A stretch of 63,844 nt of DNA, the filler included, from Ministeria vibrans ATCC 50519 (taxonomy: Eukaryota; Protista; Filasterea), in the NCBI GenBank assembly GCA_943704425.1. It is 7 parts of 7 records of this genome, joined end to end, with 100 filler letters (N's around TTAATTAATTAA, not from the genome) between each part and the next. Parts side by side here need not be neighbours in the genome. Positions count along the whole stretch, not along the records: positions 31,338 to 50,717 come from CALSCP010000379.1; 6 more parts are not named here. One strand, 5' to 3'. Shown here piece by piece: positions 33,366-47,540 of this stretch. Position 1 is the first letter of the stretch. Every line of letters begins with the position of its first letter. The notes beneath the pieces were generated by a model. It saw only the letters and a list, made by a program, of their open reading frames with translations, was not told where the DNA came from and searched no databases. The position numbers and the translations under genes were made by a program.

Positions 33366-36300
33366 ATGGGCAACGAGCAAGGTCGCCCCGGGCATCCAGG
33401 GGCCGCAGGGCACGCCAGCGGGGGCCCGTCTTCGTCCAATGGTGGAGCATCGCCGGCCAACAAAAGTACCGTTGGCGACCTGCAACGCAAGGTAGCCCCA
33501 CTCCCCCCGCCCGCTGCATGCCGTCTCCCGACGGCCCTCTCGCCCCGTCTGCCTTCCTCACCACCCCCTGCGTAGTTTGGGCGCGGGGTTGATTTCAACA
33601 TGAAGATTGTTCTGCGCGGCGCTCGCGAAACAGGCAAGACATCGCTGTTCGCCCGTCTGCAGGGCGGCACCTTCATCCAAGACTACTCGCCCACCCCCGA
33701 GATTCAGGTAGGTTGTGTCTTCTTTGAGTGACAAAATGCCCATTTTTCTTCGTTCTTTTTTTTTTCACCTCTTTATTTTTCGTTGCTAGATTGCGCACAT
33801 TCGATGGAGCTACAAATCGAGCGACGAAGTTGTCAAGGTCGAGGTGTGGGACGTTGTAGACGTGGCACTGCGCCGCCCCAAGCCAGGCCAGCTGAAAATT
33901 GCCAATATGGGAAAGGAGCTGGACGAGGCGGAGGCCAAGGCGGGTGTGAGCGCCCTCGACGCCTCCTTTGTTGATGTGTACCGCGGCGCACACGGCGCTG
34001 TGTTTCTCTTTGATCTGACCGACGAAGCGAGCTGGCAGTACGTGGTCAAGGAAGCTCCCAAAGTCCCCTCCACTCTACCCATCCTCAGTAGGTGTATTGG
34101 TGGAAGAGTTGTTTTCTGTCGTGACTCATCTGCCCTTCTTTTTCAGTCCTTGGCAACAAAATTGACAAGTGTTCTGATGGAGCACGTCGAGTCGTGAGCG
34201 ACAGTGACATCAAAGCCTTTATTCAGCGTGTTGCGCGTCCCGAAACCATGCGCTATGCGAACACTTCGATGAAGGACGCCTACGGTCTGCGCTGGATCTA
34301 CAAGTACTTTAACATTCCCTTTCTGAGACTCCAGCGTCAAACGCTGCTCCAGCTCATCTCTCGCAATGCCGAAGAGATTGAACTGACCGAAGATGAGTTG
34401 CGCATGTCGGCCATCACTCACAAGGAGTAAGCGCACAGGCAACACCTGAACGTTTTGATTAAATACTCGTTTAGGTATCTAGACCGCCTGCGACGCACCT
34501 CACAAGGACCCTCCGCGCCTGCCATCAACGCGACCGCCGCCGCTCCTGCCACTACTACCTCGACGCCCGCTGCAACGACAACTCCTACTCGAGAGAAGAG
34601 TGCCACGCCGGCCAAACCCGACAGTGTTCCTGCCAAGGCAACTTCCGATCGAGCGTTGCCCCAGACAAGCGGTGTCAAGGGAGACGATGAGAAAGCGAAG
34701 GAGGCCGAGGCGGCAAAGAAGAAGAAGAAGAAGAAGGTGCGACCGCCGACACCCGAGCCAGAGGAGGCCGAAGAGGAAGCGGTTGCGGTGGGGACGGGAG
34801 TGGCCGAACTTGACGATTTTTGTCCGGGTGAAGGTCTCGCCGACGACTTTTTCAGCGAAGAGACCAAGAAGAGCGAGCCGACGAAGAAGCGGTTTTTAGG
34901 TTCACTCTTTGGTAAGAAGACGGCGGTCAAAAACAAAAACGAAGATACGCTCTTTCGTGAGGGCGAAACGCAGCTGAGCGACGACGAGGAAGGACCTGCA
35001 GGCGGCGTAGCTGTCGTGGGCGATGCCGACTTTGAGTATGAGAGCAGTGACGAGGAGAGCGCTGCGGCTCCCAATCCCATGCTGGCTCCAGATGTAGACG
35101 ATCTTAGTGACGAACCAGTACCGATGGATGATGAGGATGATGAGGATGATGACGAGGAGGAGGAGGAGGAGGAGGAGGAGACGGCGTCCTCGGCACTTTT
35201 GCAGGAGGCAAAGAAAGTGTCGGTGGTGAAGGAGACACGAGGGAGAACCAAGGGAGAATACGCGGGCGTCAAAGGTGGTCAGGGAGGAGTGTCGTCGGAC
35301 GACGATGATGACATCGACGACAATGTCGCGGCTTTGTCGCGGGCGAAGAAGAGTGCAACGAAGGTGAAGTCGAACAGGGTGTACGGTGAGATGGGAGTCG
35401 ACTCTGACGACGACGACGTTGACTATGCGCCCACGGGCATTGCGGCCACCAACGACAGCGACGACGACGATGCTGCTGCAGGTGGTAACCCATTTCTCAT
35501 GGGCGACGACGATGCGATCGAGGCAGATGAGTATGGAAAGAGTGACGATGATGATGATGATGACGACGACGACGACGACGGCAAGACCGATGCGGTGAAT
35601 CCGATGATGATGGCCGATGACGACGCAGTGGAGGCCGATGACTATGACAACAATGATGATGACGACGACGATGAAGAGGCTCCCGTCTCTGTTGTTCCTG
35701 TATCTGTGATTGCTGCACCGCCCAAAGCGGCGCCAGTTGTGATTGATGCGCGGCGCGTTGTAGAAACCGACTGCAGTGACGAAGAGGACACATTGGACTC
35801 ACCCTCGGGCGATGATAATGACGAAAAGGTAAATGCGTTGGTGTTGCAAGGCGACGAAGACTGTGAGGATGCAGCAGATGACATGATTGAGGACGACTCG
35901 GACGACGATGAAGTAGAAGCAGGTCCAACGGCAACGCTGGTTGCTCAAGTTAGTGAAGAGGCACCTCAGGTCGACCAGTACTACGACGATGATGACGATG
36001 AAGAGGAGGAGGAGGAGGAGGAGAAGAATCAAGTTGTGAAGGCTGATGTTGTACCTTTGACACCAAGGAGTGCACATGAAGTGATGATGACTCAAGAGCC
36101 GTTGGTGCCGTTGATTGCAAGTGCGGGTGCAGATGTCATGGACAGTGCCGACCCCTTCGGTCTGGGCGTCGCTTCCTCGCCGTTGACATCGTCTTCGAGT
36201 GTGGTGACGAAGAAGAAGAAGAAAAAGTCAAGTGACATGGGTACGGAGGTGAATGAGGGGGAAACGATCAAGAAGAAGAAGAAGAAGAAGGAAGCGGAGG

Positions 36301-36683
36301 AAGAGGGAGGGACGACAAAAGTGAAGAAGAGCAAGAAAGAGAGTAGAGAAGAGGAAGGGACAAAGGCAAAGAAGAGCAAGAAGAGCAAGCAGAAGGAGGA
36401 GGAGGGAACGGTGAGTGTGACACGTGTGTTGGAGGAGCCCACGGAGCTGCTGGATGAGGTAAAGGTGAAGAAGCCAAAGAAGTCGAAGAAGGCAAGTGGA
36501 GACACACTTAAGTTTGCTGGAGCAACGGGCATTGGGGGAAGTGTGGACGAGACGAGCGAGAAGATAAAGAAGAAGAAGAAAAAGAAGGAGACGGGCGAGG
36601 GGAGTGCGTCAGGAGCGACTCATGTCGCCGACACACCACTGGGTGTGTCGCGGCGCGAACTTGATGATTTTTACAGCATGTAG
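33366..36683 (+). CDS. RABL6: Rab-like protein 6 (RBEL1/PARF), multi-exon, long acidic and Lys-rich tail
   Basis: LQRK|FGRGVDFNMKIVLRGARETGKTSLFARLQG..PTPEIQ|IAHIRWSYKSSDEVVKVEVWDVVD..LDASFVDVYRG..GLRWIYKYFNIPFLRLQRQTLL. Confidence 0.93.
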
Positions 36684-36732
36684 ATTAAGAAATGGAACAA
36701 GAAAAAATTATTAATAATACATTATACAACTC

Positions 36733-38537
36733 TCAAGTGGCGGAAATTGCTATTTGGCGGATGAGGAGCCAGGGTTCTTGCGGGGCAGTGACACGGAGAC
36801 GGACGGCGCGGATGCCCGAGACGGGGGGGTCGAGGGTAGCGGTGAAGAGACCGGGTGTTGAGGAGACGGTGGGAATGTCGTGGAAGGAAACGGCGTCGGA
36901 TGAGACGGCGAGGAGGCCATGCTCGAGCACGTCCGAGGTCGCAAACGGCGCTCCCGTCGCAATGTAAACGGACTTGAGCGAGTGCACTTGCTCGTGGAAC
37001 AGAATCGTCACATGGTCGCCCGTTGTCACCTTTTTCAACCTGCAACACAACATGTCTTAATAACGTTGTTTCTTTCTATCGTTTTATGTTGCGTACCAGA
37101 CAGTGGCTGCATCATTCGCGTAGGCATCGTCCAATTCGCCCTTGTGAAGCTCAACATTGGTCGTGAGGGTAGCAGGAGGATTGTGCGCGGCAGAGGGGTC
37201 ATGGGGGGACGCAAGGGGCGCTGCGGGAGGCGCAGGGGGGGCGGGGAGCGCGGGGACGTCGTGTGTGTGCTTGAGAAGTGATGGATCGATGCGGTCGACT
37301 GTTTGAATTTTTCCCTTGAGAGAGGAGTGCAGGCCAATGTGCTTGAAGAGCGATGACTGGCGACTAATGCGCTTGTCCTGGCCGCGCAGCTGGATGAACC
37401 TGTCGTTAAGCCAGTCGACAGGCTGCTCGTCGTACATGAGCCGGTAGAACGTCGCAACCTTGGGCACGTCCGAGTCGCGAAAAATGCAGCCAATGGCACC
37501 CACACTCACCTGCAGCATAGCCCACTCACGGGCACACTTGGCGGCGACATGACGGCCCTGCGGCGTCTTGGGTTGGTAGCAGCTGCGCTGGCTCTCGATA
37601 AACGCCACCACAGAGTCATACCAGCCCACGTCAGGGACCACGTCGTCCTCCAGCTGCAAGTAGTAGCGTCCTTTGCCCGTCGCAAAGTCCATCAGAATAG
37701 CATAGTCAATGTTCTGTTTTGAGCGCCACTTGACGCGCAGCGGTGGATCGCCAAAGTTGTCGTGGACTCCGTCAAGCGTGGGGTACAGCGTGGGGTCGGG
37801 CATTAGCATGGTAATGAGACCCGCTTCAAAAGCCTCGGGTAGGTCAGCGCGAAGCTGCGTTGCAATGGAGGGCGCGAATGAAGCATCTTCAATTTCTGCG
37901 GGATACACAATGATGAGCACCTCTTTCCAGAGATCGCGTGTCAGACGCTCCACAAGGAGGCGCATGGTGTCACGCAGATAGGAGACGCCATCACGCTTCA
38001 CGGTAGGCATGCCTACAACCATGCGCCGCGGCCACTTGCGCTGGTCGTCCTCTTCTTCGCGCGTCAACTGACTGCCGTCTTTGGCGCGCGGTCGCGGCGC
38101 CGGCGCCTGGATGTAGCGCGGGATGGCCGCAGCAGGCTGCACGACAATCGTCTTCCCCGCGCCAGCACCCGACGCCGTCTGTGGCGGCGCGACGCTGCTC
38201 TGGACAAGGGCCGCCGGAAGGGCTTCATGGCGGTGCGGCGCTGCGTCGCCACTCCCGCTCGAAACTTCGCTTTCGTGCCACTGTTCGTCGAGTTTGCGCG
38301 TTCGGTCCCGTAGCGCACGTAGTGCCACTTGCTCTTGGGCCGACAAGTTCGCTTCGTCGCTGGTCGCGACCGTTGGAAGAGCGTCTGCAAAGATGGCCAA
38401 AAAATGACATGGGGAAACACATCACACACACTCACACACACAAACTCACTTCGTATGGTGATCTCATACGTGAGACCAATGACCACAACAAGCGCGACCA
38501 CCTGGACAATGGATCGCTTCGTGGACGATCGCACCAT
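36733..38537 (-). CDS. MGAT4: Alpha-1,3-mannosyl-glycoprotein beta-1,4-GlcNAc transferase-like (GT54), 3 exons
   Basis: Type II membrane anchor (IVQVVALVVVIGLTY); VGMPTVKRDGVSYLRDT; FGDPPLRVKWRSKQNIDYA; YYLQLEDDV; PVDWL; SLFKHIGLHSSLKGKIQ; NPPA. Confidence 0.92.
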
Positions 38538-38678
38538 CCCGACGACAAACAACGAAAAAAGCTCTCAATTCCTATTCTGAGTTCTGACTCATCAAACAAC
38601 AAAAATCATTCATCATATTTTAATTTTTAAGCTTTGTTTTCGGTACACCTGCCTCTTGAAGCGTCCATCTATAGACCC

Positions 38679-39939
<1,261 letters not shown>

Positions 39940-40109
39940 GGTCTACCTCTTTCTTTCTCGCTCTTTCCTCTGTTTCATACTCTACTATATTTTCTCCGAT
40001 TTCTGTACTATATGATTTTTGGAATAAACCCCGCAAATCTCTCTCCCTCTCCCCTCTCTTCTTTTAGTTCTCTCTCACTCTCTGTCACTAACTCGACTTT
40101 CAAACAGTT

Positions 40110-43100
40110 TTACATGGTGCGTCGCGCAGTCCCATTGCGCTTTTTGGTTGTCTTAGGCTTCTTCCCAATGAGATGGCGCTCGTCAAACAGCTCCTCCTCA
40201 TCGCCATCCGACACGTCTTCGCTTAGCAGCAGATCATCAGCAAAGTCACCGCGCGGAATCATCTCGATGCGCTCATACTTGGCGCTATTGCGCTTGTCAA
40301 ACGACGAGTAGCGGCGCCGGCGGGACGAGCAGCAGCAGGCGCAGCAGGGGCGCTGGCGACGGCACACGCACCACCACACACATACGAGCAGCGCCACGAG
40401 TGCCGCAACGCCCACTGCCACCACAATCGACACGTAAATGATGCTCCAGCCACAGTTGCTCGCACCATAAACGTGGCTCTCGATGAGGTTGGGCATCCAG
40501 AAGGCGTCGCAGTGGCACTCCTTGGTCATGTCATGGCACCGCCCGTGTCCGTTGCAGTCATTGTCGCACAGGTACGTATCAATGCTCAGCACCTCAGTGC
40601 TCAGCTGTAGTGTCCCGGCCTGACGCAGGCGCTTGAGCGTGCTCACGAGCGTAGCAGCTGGCATGGCCGCCGTCGATGCGTCGCCTTGGCTTGTGTCGCG
40701 CACCCAAAACACAATCACCACACTCCCGGGCGACACAGACTTAATGTGAATGTCGTCGTCCGTCACGTCCATGCTCAGCGCAAGCTCGCTCACAAACGAC
40801 GCACGCGACGCCGCATTGAACTTGTCAATGTCAATCGCAAGACGCATTTCCACCAGCGACTTGGCCTCGTCGCCCGCCGTGACCGTTAGCTTGGCTGTGT
40901 CGCTGCCAGTGTGGCCGTTCGTGTCCGTGACAGTCAGTTGGAACGAGTACACGCCCAGAATGAAGCCGCTCACCGTCAGCTTGGGCTCGTCCCAGCGCAG
41001 TACCGTGTACGTCGCGGGGCCCGCCACTTGCTGCCAGTGGTACGACGCAATGCCAATGTCGTCGTGCGAACCACTGCCGTCCAGCTGCGCAATGCCGTCA
41101 ATTAAGGCCACCGTGATATCTGCTCCGGCGTCCGCCACGGGCGGATAGTCCACGGGACGCACAATGGGTACCACAACAAACGCATGGCTCGACAGCCCCG
41201 CCGCATCCCATACTGTCAAATTGAACGTGTACGTGCCCGTGCCGTAGTGACTCACCGTACACAGCGGCGTCTGTGCACCTTGTAAAAACACGTCGGTGAC
41301 ATTCTCGCCGTCGTGCGTCACGTCCTGCAATGTCCACAGCCAGCGCACAATGCCCTTGTCGTCATTGCTGCTCGAGCCGTTGAGCACAAAATGCGTCACG
41401 TCGGGCAGACGCACCACCGCCGGCTCGTACACGGCGACTGCCACCGGCGCATAATTGGCTGGCGGCTGCACCACAAGTACGGCGGTCGCTGTGCCCTCAA
41501 TGTCCGTCTCGCGATCCGTCACTGTCAGCTCAATGGCGTACTTGCCCGCAAGGGCAATGTCGTCCAGCGCAAACGATGTCGTGTCGCTGCCACCAAGCGA
41601 CGTCGGATTGAACCCGTCGGGCCCCGACACCACCTTCCATTGATACATTTTGATGCCGTGATCACTTGTGCTGGCAGATGCCGAAAACAAAATGGACGAG
41701 TCTGGCAGCGTGACTGTCGCCGACGCCGGCTCAATCACCGCCTTGGGCGGCTCATACTTGACAATGACAGTCGCATCGGCACTCGCCGTGAGTCCATCGT
41801 CGTCGGTAACAGTCAGACGGAACACATAGGTACCGGCGAGAGTAAGGTCCGACACCGCAAGCACCGGGGTGTTCTCGTTGTCCAGTGTGCCGCCAAGCGC
41901 CGACGTCTCTGTGCGTGACCAGGCATAGCTGACGATGCGGTGATCATCGTGCGACCCCGAGCCGTCCAGGGCCACATTGAGCACCTTGACCCCGATTTCA
42001 GTGTGCTCCGGTGTGACCACCACCACCGGCCGTTCGTTCTCGACATGTCCTAGAATGGTCACATTCACGCACACCTGGGGCGCCACCTTGCTCGCGGTTA
42101 CGTCGGTCACAGTCAGACAAGCCGTAACCGAGCCCTTAACAAGACTTGAAAGCTCAAGGGCGCTGGTGGTCAGACCGGTCGCGTGCAACGCCAAAGGTGC
42201 CTGCACAATGGCCCACTGAAACATGATGTTGTCGTTGGTTGAGTCAGTGTGTGCTGTGGTCGCGTGTAGCACAACTACGTCTGATGATTCCTTTTCGGGC
42301 GACAGTGTGTATGTCACATGCGAACCTTCCACAATCTCTGCCGAGAAAGTCAAGGCCACACACTCGCCAGTCATGCGATCGCAATGTGTCTCTCCCACAC
42401 ACATCTCAGGGTGATCGCCACAGGCAGCGGCACACTTGCCAAACGCACATACAAGACGACCGCACTGACCAGGACCTGTACACACAAGACCCAGCGCCAC
42501 CTGACACACACCCATGACACATTGTGTGCCACTTAGCTCGACACAGTGGTCGTCCGACGAGCATACCACGCCCGCACACGAGTCGTACGGATCTCCCTTT
42601 GTGTGAGGCGGGCAGACACACGAGCCAGCGTCCTCCTTGAGACACACGGCACCAGTGCCGCAGAGCGAACATCCAGGGTAGACAGTCTGACGACAATGGC
42701 CAGTTGTCGCGTCACAAGTACTCCCGTCGGAACACACTGTCTCGTCGACGGTACACTTGACAGTACAGTGGCCTGACTCGGCACACACTTCGTCACTGCT
42801 ACACTGCTCGGCCGAGTGGCACGGATCCACGCAGATGTCGTTGTGGCAAAGTTTGTTTGTGTCACAGTCCGAGTCGGCGCTACAGGAAGTGGAGGCGGGT
42901 GCAGAGGGTGTGCACTTGCCGTCCTGGCATGACTCACCAGGTGCAGTACAGTCACTGTTCAGCAAACACGCCTCTTCCCCCGTCTGCATGCCACACTCAC
43001 CGGCGGCGATATCGCACTGCATTCCTGTGTCACAGTCGTCATCAGTCTGACATTTGGTCTCCGGTAACGTCGTGCAATGGCCCGTGGCATAGTTACACGT

Positions 43101-46100
43101 CGCACTCTCGCCACACACAGACTTTGCATTCATTTTAGTGCATGCGGGAACACACTCGCTAAGATAGCAGCTAAGGCCAGGCATACAATCGGAATCAGTC
43201 GTGCAAGACGACGAAGAAACCGACGAAATGACACACTTGTGCGTATCAGCCGAGCACATTTGCCCATCGTCGCAGTCGGTGTTGGTGGAACACGTCGCCA
43301 TGATCATACACTTGTGAGTGTCAGCCGAGCACATTTGCCCATCGTCGCAGTCGGTGTTGGTGGAACACGTCGCCATGATCATACACTTGTGAGTGTCAGC
43401 CGAGCACATTTGCCCATCGTCGCAGTCGGTGTTGGTGGAACACGTCGCCATGATCATACACTTGTGAGTGTCAGCCGAGCACATTTGCCCATCGTCGCAG
43501 TCGGTGTTGGTGGAACACGTCGCCATGATCATACACTTGTGCGTCTCAGCCGAGCACATTTGCCCATCGTCGCAGTCGGCGTTGGTGGAACACGTCGCCA
43601 TGATCATACACTTGTGCGTCTCAGCCGAGCACATTTGCCCATCGTCGCAGTCGGCGTTGGTGGAACACTTGGCCAAATGGGCACAAAATCCAGATGACTC
43701 GCATCCATGACCTCGCGGGCAATCGTCGTCAGTGTTACAGTGTACAACACTGCTACACACACCATGATCGCAGGTCGCGCCCGTCTGACCGCAGTCCGAT
43801 GTGTCCGTGCAACCCGGCGACGCAAGGCATTCCCCGCCGATGCAAACTTCACCCTCCGAACAATGTTCGTATGTCGAGCATGTTGTCGCCGTAGACTTCA
43901 CGCCACACTTATTCCCTTCACAGGTGTAGCCCGTCGAGCAATCACTGTCACGATCACAAGTAGCGCCACTTCCGCCGCTGCCGCCGCTCTCGCACACCTT
44001 ATTGATGCACGATTCTCCCTCGGAACAATCGTCGTTGTCTTCGCACGTGTTGTCACCCGCAGGCGAAGATATGCGGGCGCATTGTCCATTTACACACGAG
44101 TAGCCACTGAGGCAGTCACTATCCTGTTGGCAACCGTCGATTTCCAGGCAAACGTTTGACGTGCACACAAATCCAGAACGGCACGATGACGCCACGGTGC
44201 ACTCGCGAGTACACTGGTTGTCAATGCAGCTGTCGGCAGAATTGCACTCACTGTGAGAGTTGCATGGCGTGTCTGCGTTTGCGTTCGAGTCGGCTTCGTT
44301 CGCTTGCGTGGGCACACATACGTCTTCGGAACAATGAGTGCCAGATGGACACCGCGGCGTACATGGAATGTGTGGCATGCACATGTTGTGAATGCACGAA
44401 GTGGGTGGGAGGCAGTCCGAGTCAGCGGTACAGGCAAAAATGTCGACACAGACGTTGCTAATACAATAGGCATTCGTGAGATGATCCGAACAGTCCATGA
44501 CCGATTTGCATGGCTTTGTAGGCACGTCCACACTATCACTGCTCGGCTCGCATTCGGAATTCGAATTACAATGCTCGTCCGTGCCGCAATCATCGTCAGT
44601 CTGGCACTCGACGGACACGGGGGCGGTGACGCACACTTTTTGAACGCACTTGTGAGATGCAGGACAATCGCTGTTAGCGGCACATGTCACGGACAGAACG
44701 CACTGTTGCGCGACACAGACAAAACCAGAAGAGCAGTCAGCGGTCGATGCACACAAAGGTGTCCCTGCCACGAGCTCGGCAGGGAGACACGCTTGTAACT
44801 CGGCAACGCAGGTCATGCCCGATGAGCAGTCGGTGTTGGCCGTGCACGGTGTGACGTCGAGTGGAAGGCATTTGTCGTTGAGACACTTGAACGCGCCACC
44901 TTCGCAGTCTGAATCCGATGCGCACGTCTGCATGGTAACGCACTCGCTACCAAGACAAAGCGCAGGATGAGCGCAGTCGGAGGTCGTTTTGCACGGCGCT
45001 GAAGCCGTCTCGGAAGCAAGCGACTTGGGCATGCAGAGTAGCGAGTCCTTCTCACAGACAAGGTTCGCCTCGCAGTCATCATCGATAGCACAGGAGTGCA
45101 TGGACGCCGGGAGACATGTGTCTTGAACACAGTGAAGGCTGGTGGCACAGTCGATGGTCGATGTACAGCGCTGCAACTTGAAACATGCGCTGTTGAGACA
45201 TAGTTCATCGCTGGAACAGTCGGCAATCGAGGTGCATTCTGTCGTGACACCGCCTGTGCTCTTCGCGGGCACACACGTCGAAGTGGTGGTGTCGCAACTG
45301 GTGCCAGTATTGCAATCACGGTCGTCAGCGCACTGGTGTACGAGCGTACACTCGTTGGCGACACAGGTGAAGCCCGCCTCGCAGTCGGCCGAAGTCTCGC
45401 AACCCGACGAAGAACCACCTTCCTGCTCCTTCGGTTCGCACTCGTTGGCGACACAGGTGAAGCCCGCCTCGCAGTCGGCCAAAGTCTCGCAACCCGACGA
45501 AGAACCACCTTCCTGCTCCTTTGGTTCGCACTCGTTGGCGACACAGGTGAAGCCCGCCTCGCAGTCGGTCGACGTCTGACAGCCCGACGACGCACCACCT
45601 TCCTGCTCCTTCGGTTCGCACTCGTTGGCGACACAGGTGAAGCCCGCCTCGCAGTCGGTCGACGTCTGACAGCCCGACGACGCACCACCTTCCTGCTCCT
45701 TCGGTTCGCACTCGTTGGCGACACAGGTGAAGCCCGCCTCGCAGTCGGCCGAAGTCTCGCAACCTGAGGAGGTACCACCTTCCTGCTCCTTCGGTTCGCA
45801 CTCGTTGGCGACACAGGTGAAGCCCGCCTCGCAGTCGGCCGAAGTCTCGCAACCCGACGAAGAACCACCTTCCTGCTCCTTTGGTTCGCACTCGTTGGCG
45901 ACACAGGTGAAGCCCGCCTCGCAGTCGGTCGACGTCTGACAGCCCGACGACGCACCACTTTCCTGCTCCTTCGGTTCGCACTCGTTGGCGACACAGGTGA
46001 AGCCCGCCTCGCAGTCGGTCGACGTCTGACAGCCCGACGAAGCACCACCTTCCTGCTCCTTCGGTTCGCACTCGTTGGCGACACAGGTGAAGCCCGCCTC

Positions 46101-47310
46101 GCAGTCGGCCGAAGTCTCGCAACCTGAGGAGGTACCACTTTCCTGCTCCTTCGGTTCGCACTCGTTGGCGACACAGGTGAAGCCCGCCTCGCAGTCGGCC
46201 GAAGTCTCGCAACCCGACGAAGAACCACCTTCCTGCTCCTTTGGTTCGCACTCGTTGGCGACACAGGTGAAGCCCGCCTCGCAGTCGGTCGACGTCTGAC
46301 AGCCCGACGACGCACCACCTTCCTGCTCCTTCGGTTCGCACTCGTTGGCGACACAGGTGAAGCCCGCCTCGCAGTCGGTCGAAGTCTGACAGCCCGACAA
46401 AGAACCACCTTCCTGCTCCTTGGGTTCGCACTCGTTGGCGACACAGGTGAAGCCCGCCTCGCAGTCGGTTGAAGTCTCGCAACCTGAGGAAGTGCTACCT
46501 TCGTCTTCTTCGGAGACACACGTTGATGTGATCGTGTCGCAGGCAAACCCTGCCTCACAGTCATCGCTGGAGGAACACTGTTGCCCAGATATACACACTG
46601 ACGAGGCAAAGTCACATTTCGCACCAGGGTCACAGTCATCGTCGGCCTCGCATGTGGCAGCTGTCACAACTTGGTCACCGGGCACATCTGTGGGCTGCGC
46701 TGTAGAGTGTCCACTGAGCGGAATGCACACTTGCGCGGCCGTATCGCAGGTGAAGGCGTTGTCGCAATCGCTGTCGTCATTGCACGCACTCGATGAGGAC
46801 GGAACGGAGACGGCCGCGGCGGAAAGAGCGTTTACCACAGACAGGGGCGTGGTAGGAGCGTAAAAGACCCAGTAGCGGGTGGGCAGGGTGGTAGAAGTGA
46901 CCGCCGTGAATTCGCACGAACGCTCGTCCTGGCACGGCGACAACAGACAGCCGCCGCTGTCAAGGGTGGTGCCTCGGAAGACGATCACGGTGCACGAGAG
47001 GGTCGACAGACACGCGTCAATGCAGTCTGACGCGGTCGTATCCAGCAGCGTCGTCTGCTGGCCCGTCACCGACTTGGCAGCCGCCGACATGCGCACGTCG
47101 GCAATTTCCGTGAAACCTGTGCAAAACGAAACGGAGCGTCAAAGGGGCATGTCACAGGGCCCACGACGAAGTGCCCGCGCAGACACGATGGGGAGGGGAG
47201 AGGGGGTGTGTGCCAGGGATGCGGCCTGTGTTTTTACCGTCGAGCGTGGCAGAACGACACAGAGAGGACGACACTGCCAGCAATAGAACCACAGCCAAAA
47301 GTTTCGCCAT
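40110..47310 (-). CDS. KIAA0319/KIAA0319L (AAVR)-like type I membrane receptor with a large Cys-rich repeat ectodomain; exons 47310-47238 and 47116-40110
   Basis: Exon 1 encodes the signal peptide MAKLLAVVLLLAVSSSLCRSATLD and splices in frame. Then an N-terminal PAN/MANEC-like Cys domain, CxxDxDC repeats, about 5 PKD domains (LDGSGSHDDxxIxSYxW..YxFxLTVTD), CNGHGRCHDMTKECHCDAFWMPNL..GASNCGWSIIYV (KIAA0319 juxtamembrane signature), a TM helix and a cytoplasmic tail. Confidence 0.88.
43230..43670. repeat. Coding tandem repeat, 75 bp x 6 (CSTNxDCDDGQMCSAxTHKCMIMAT)
   Basis: TGCCCATCGTCGCAGTCGG at 43261, 43336, 43411, 43486, 43561 and 43636. Confidence 0.95.
45349..46490. repeat. Coding tandem repeat, 90 bp x 13 (CxTSxDCEAGFTCVANECEPKEQExGxSSG)
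   Basis: ACACAGGTGAAGCCCGCCTC every 90 bp from 45361 to 46441. Confidence 0.97.
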
Positions 47311-47540
47311 TGTCACGTCGGCACAGCGCCACTCACGGAAGTCTGTCGATCAACAACAATCTACCAATTCAACCGCTCTTGAGAGGGAGAAGTCGCGCTG
47401 GACCTTTTTATGCGACGAGGACTAAAAAAGAATGATTCAAATAAAACTTCTCATTGCTTACTGTTAAGCGTTAAGTGTCAACTGACTCAACTCGATCAGT
47501 CATCGGCGAATCACTCTTCTTTCTGCTCCCTGAACACGCG

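Noticed and set aside
45349-46490. CRISPR-like appearance of the 90-bp, 75-bp and 228-bp arrays
   Set aside because: No unique spacers; the units are in-frame coding repeats in a eukaryotic gene; no cas genes.
44813-46639. Long overlapping ORFs (608 aa and 385 aa) in the other minus-strand frames
   Set aside because: A by-product of a stop-free 90-bp unit repeated 13 times; no independent evidence of coding.
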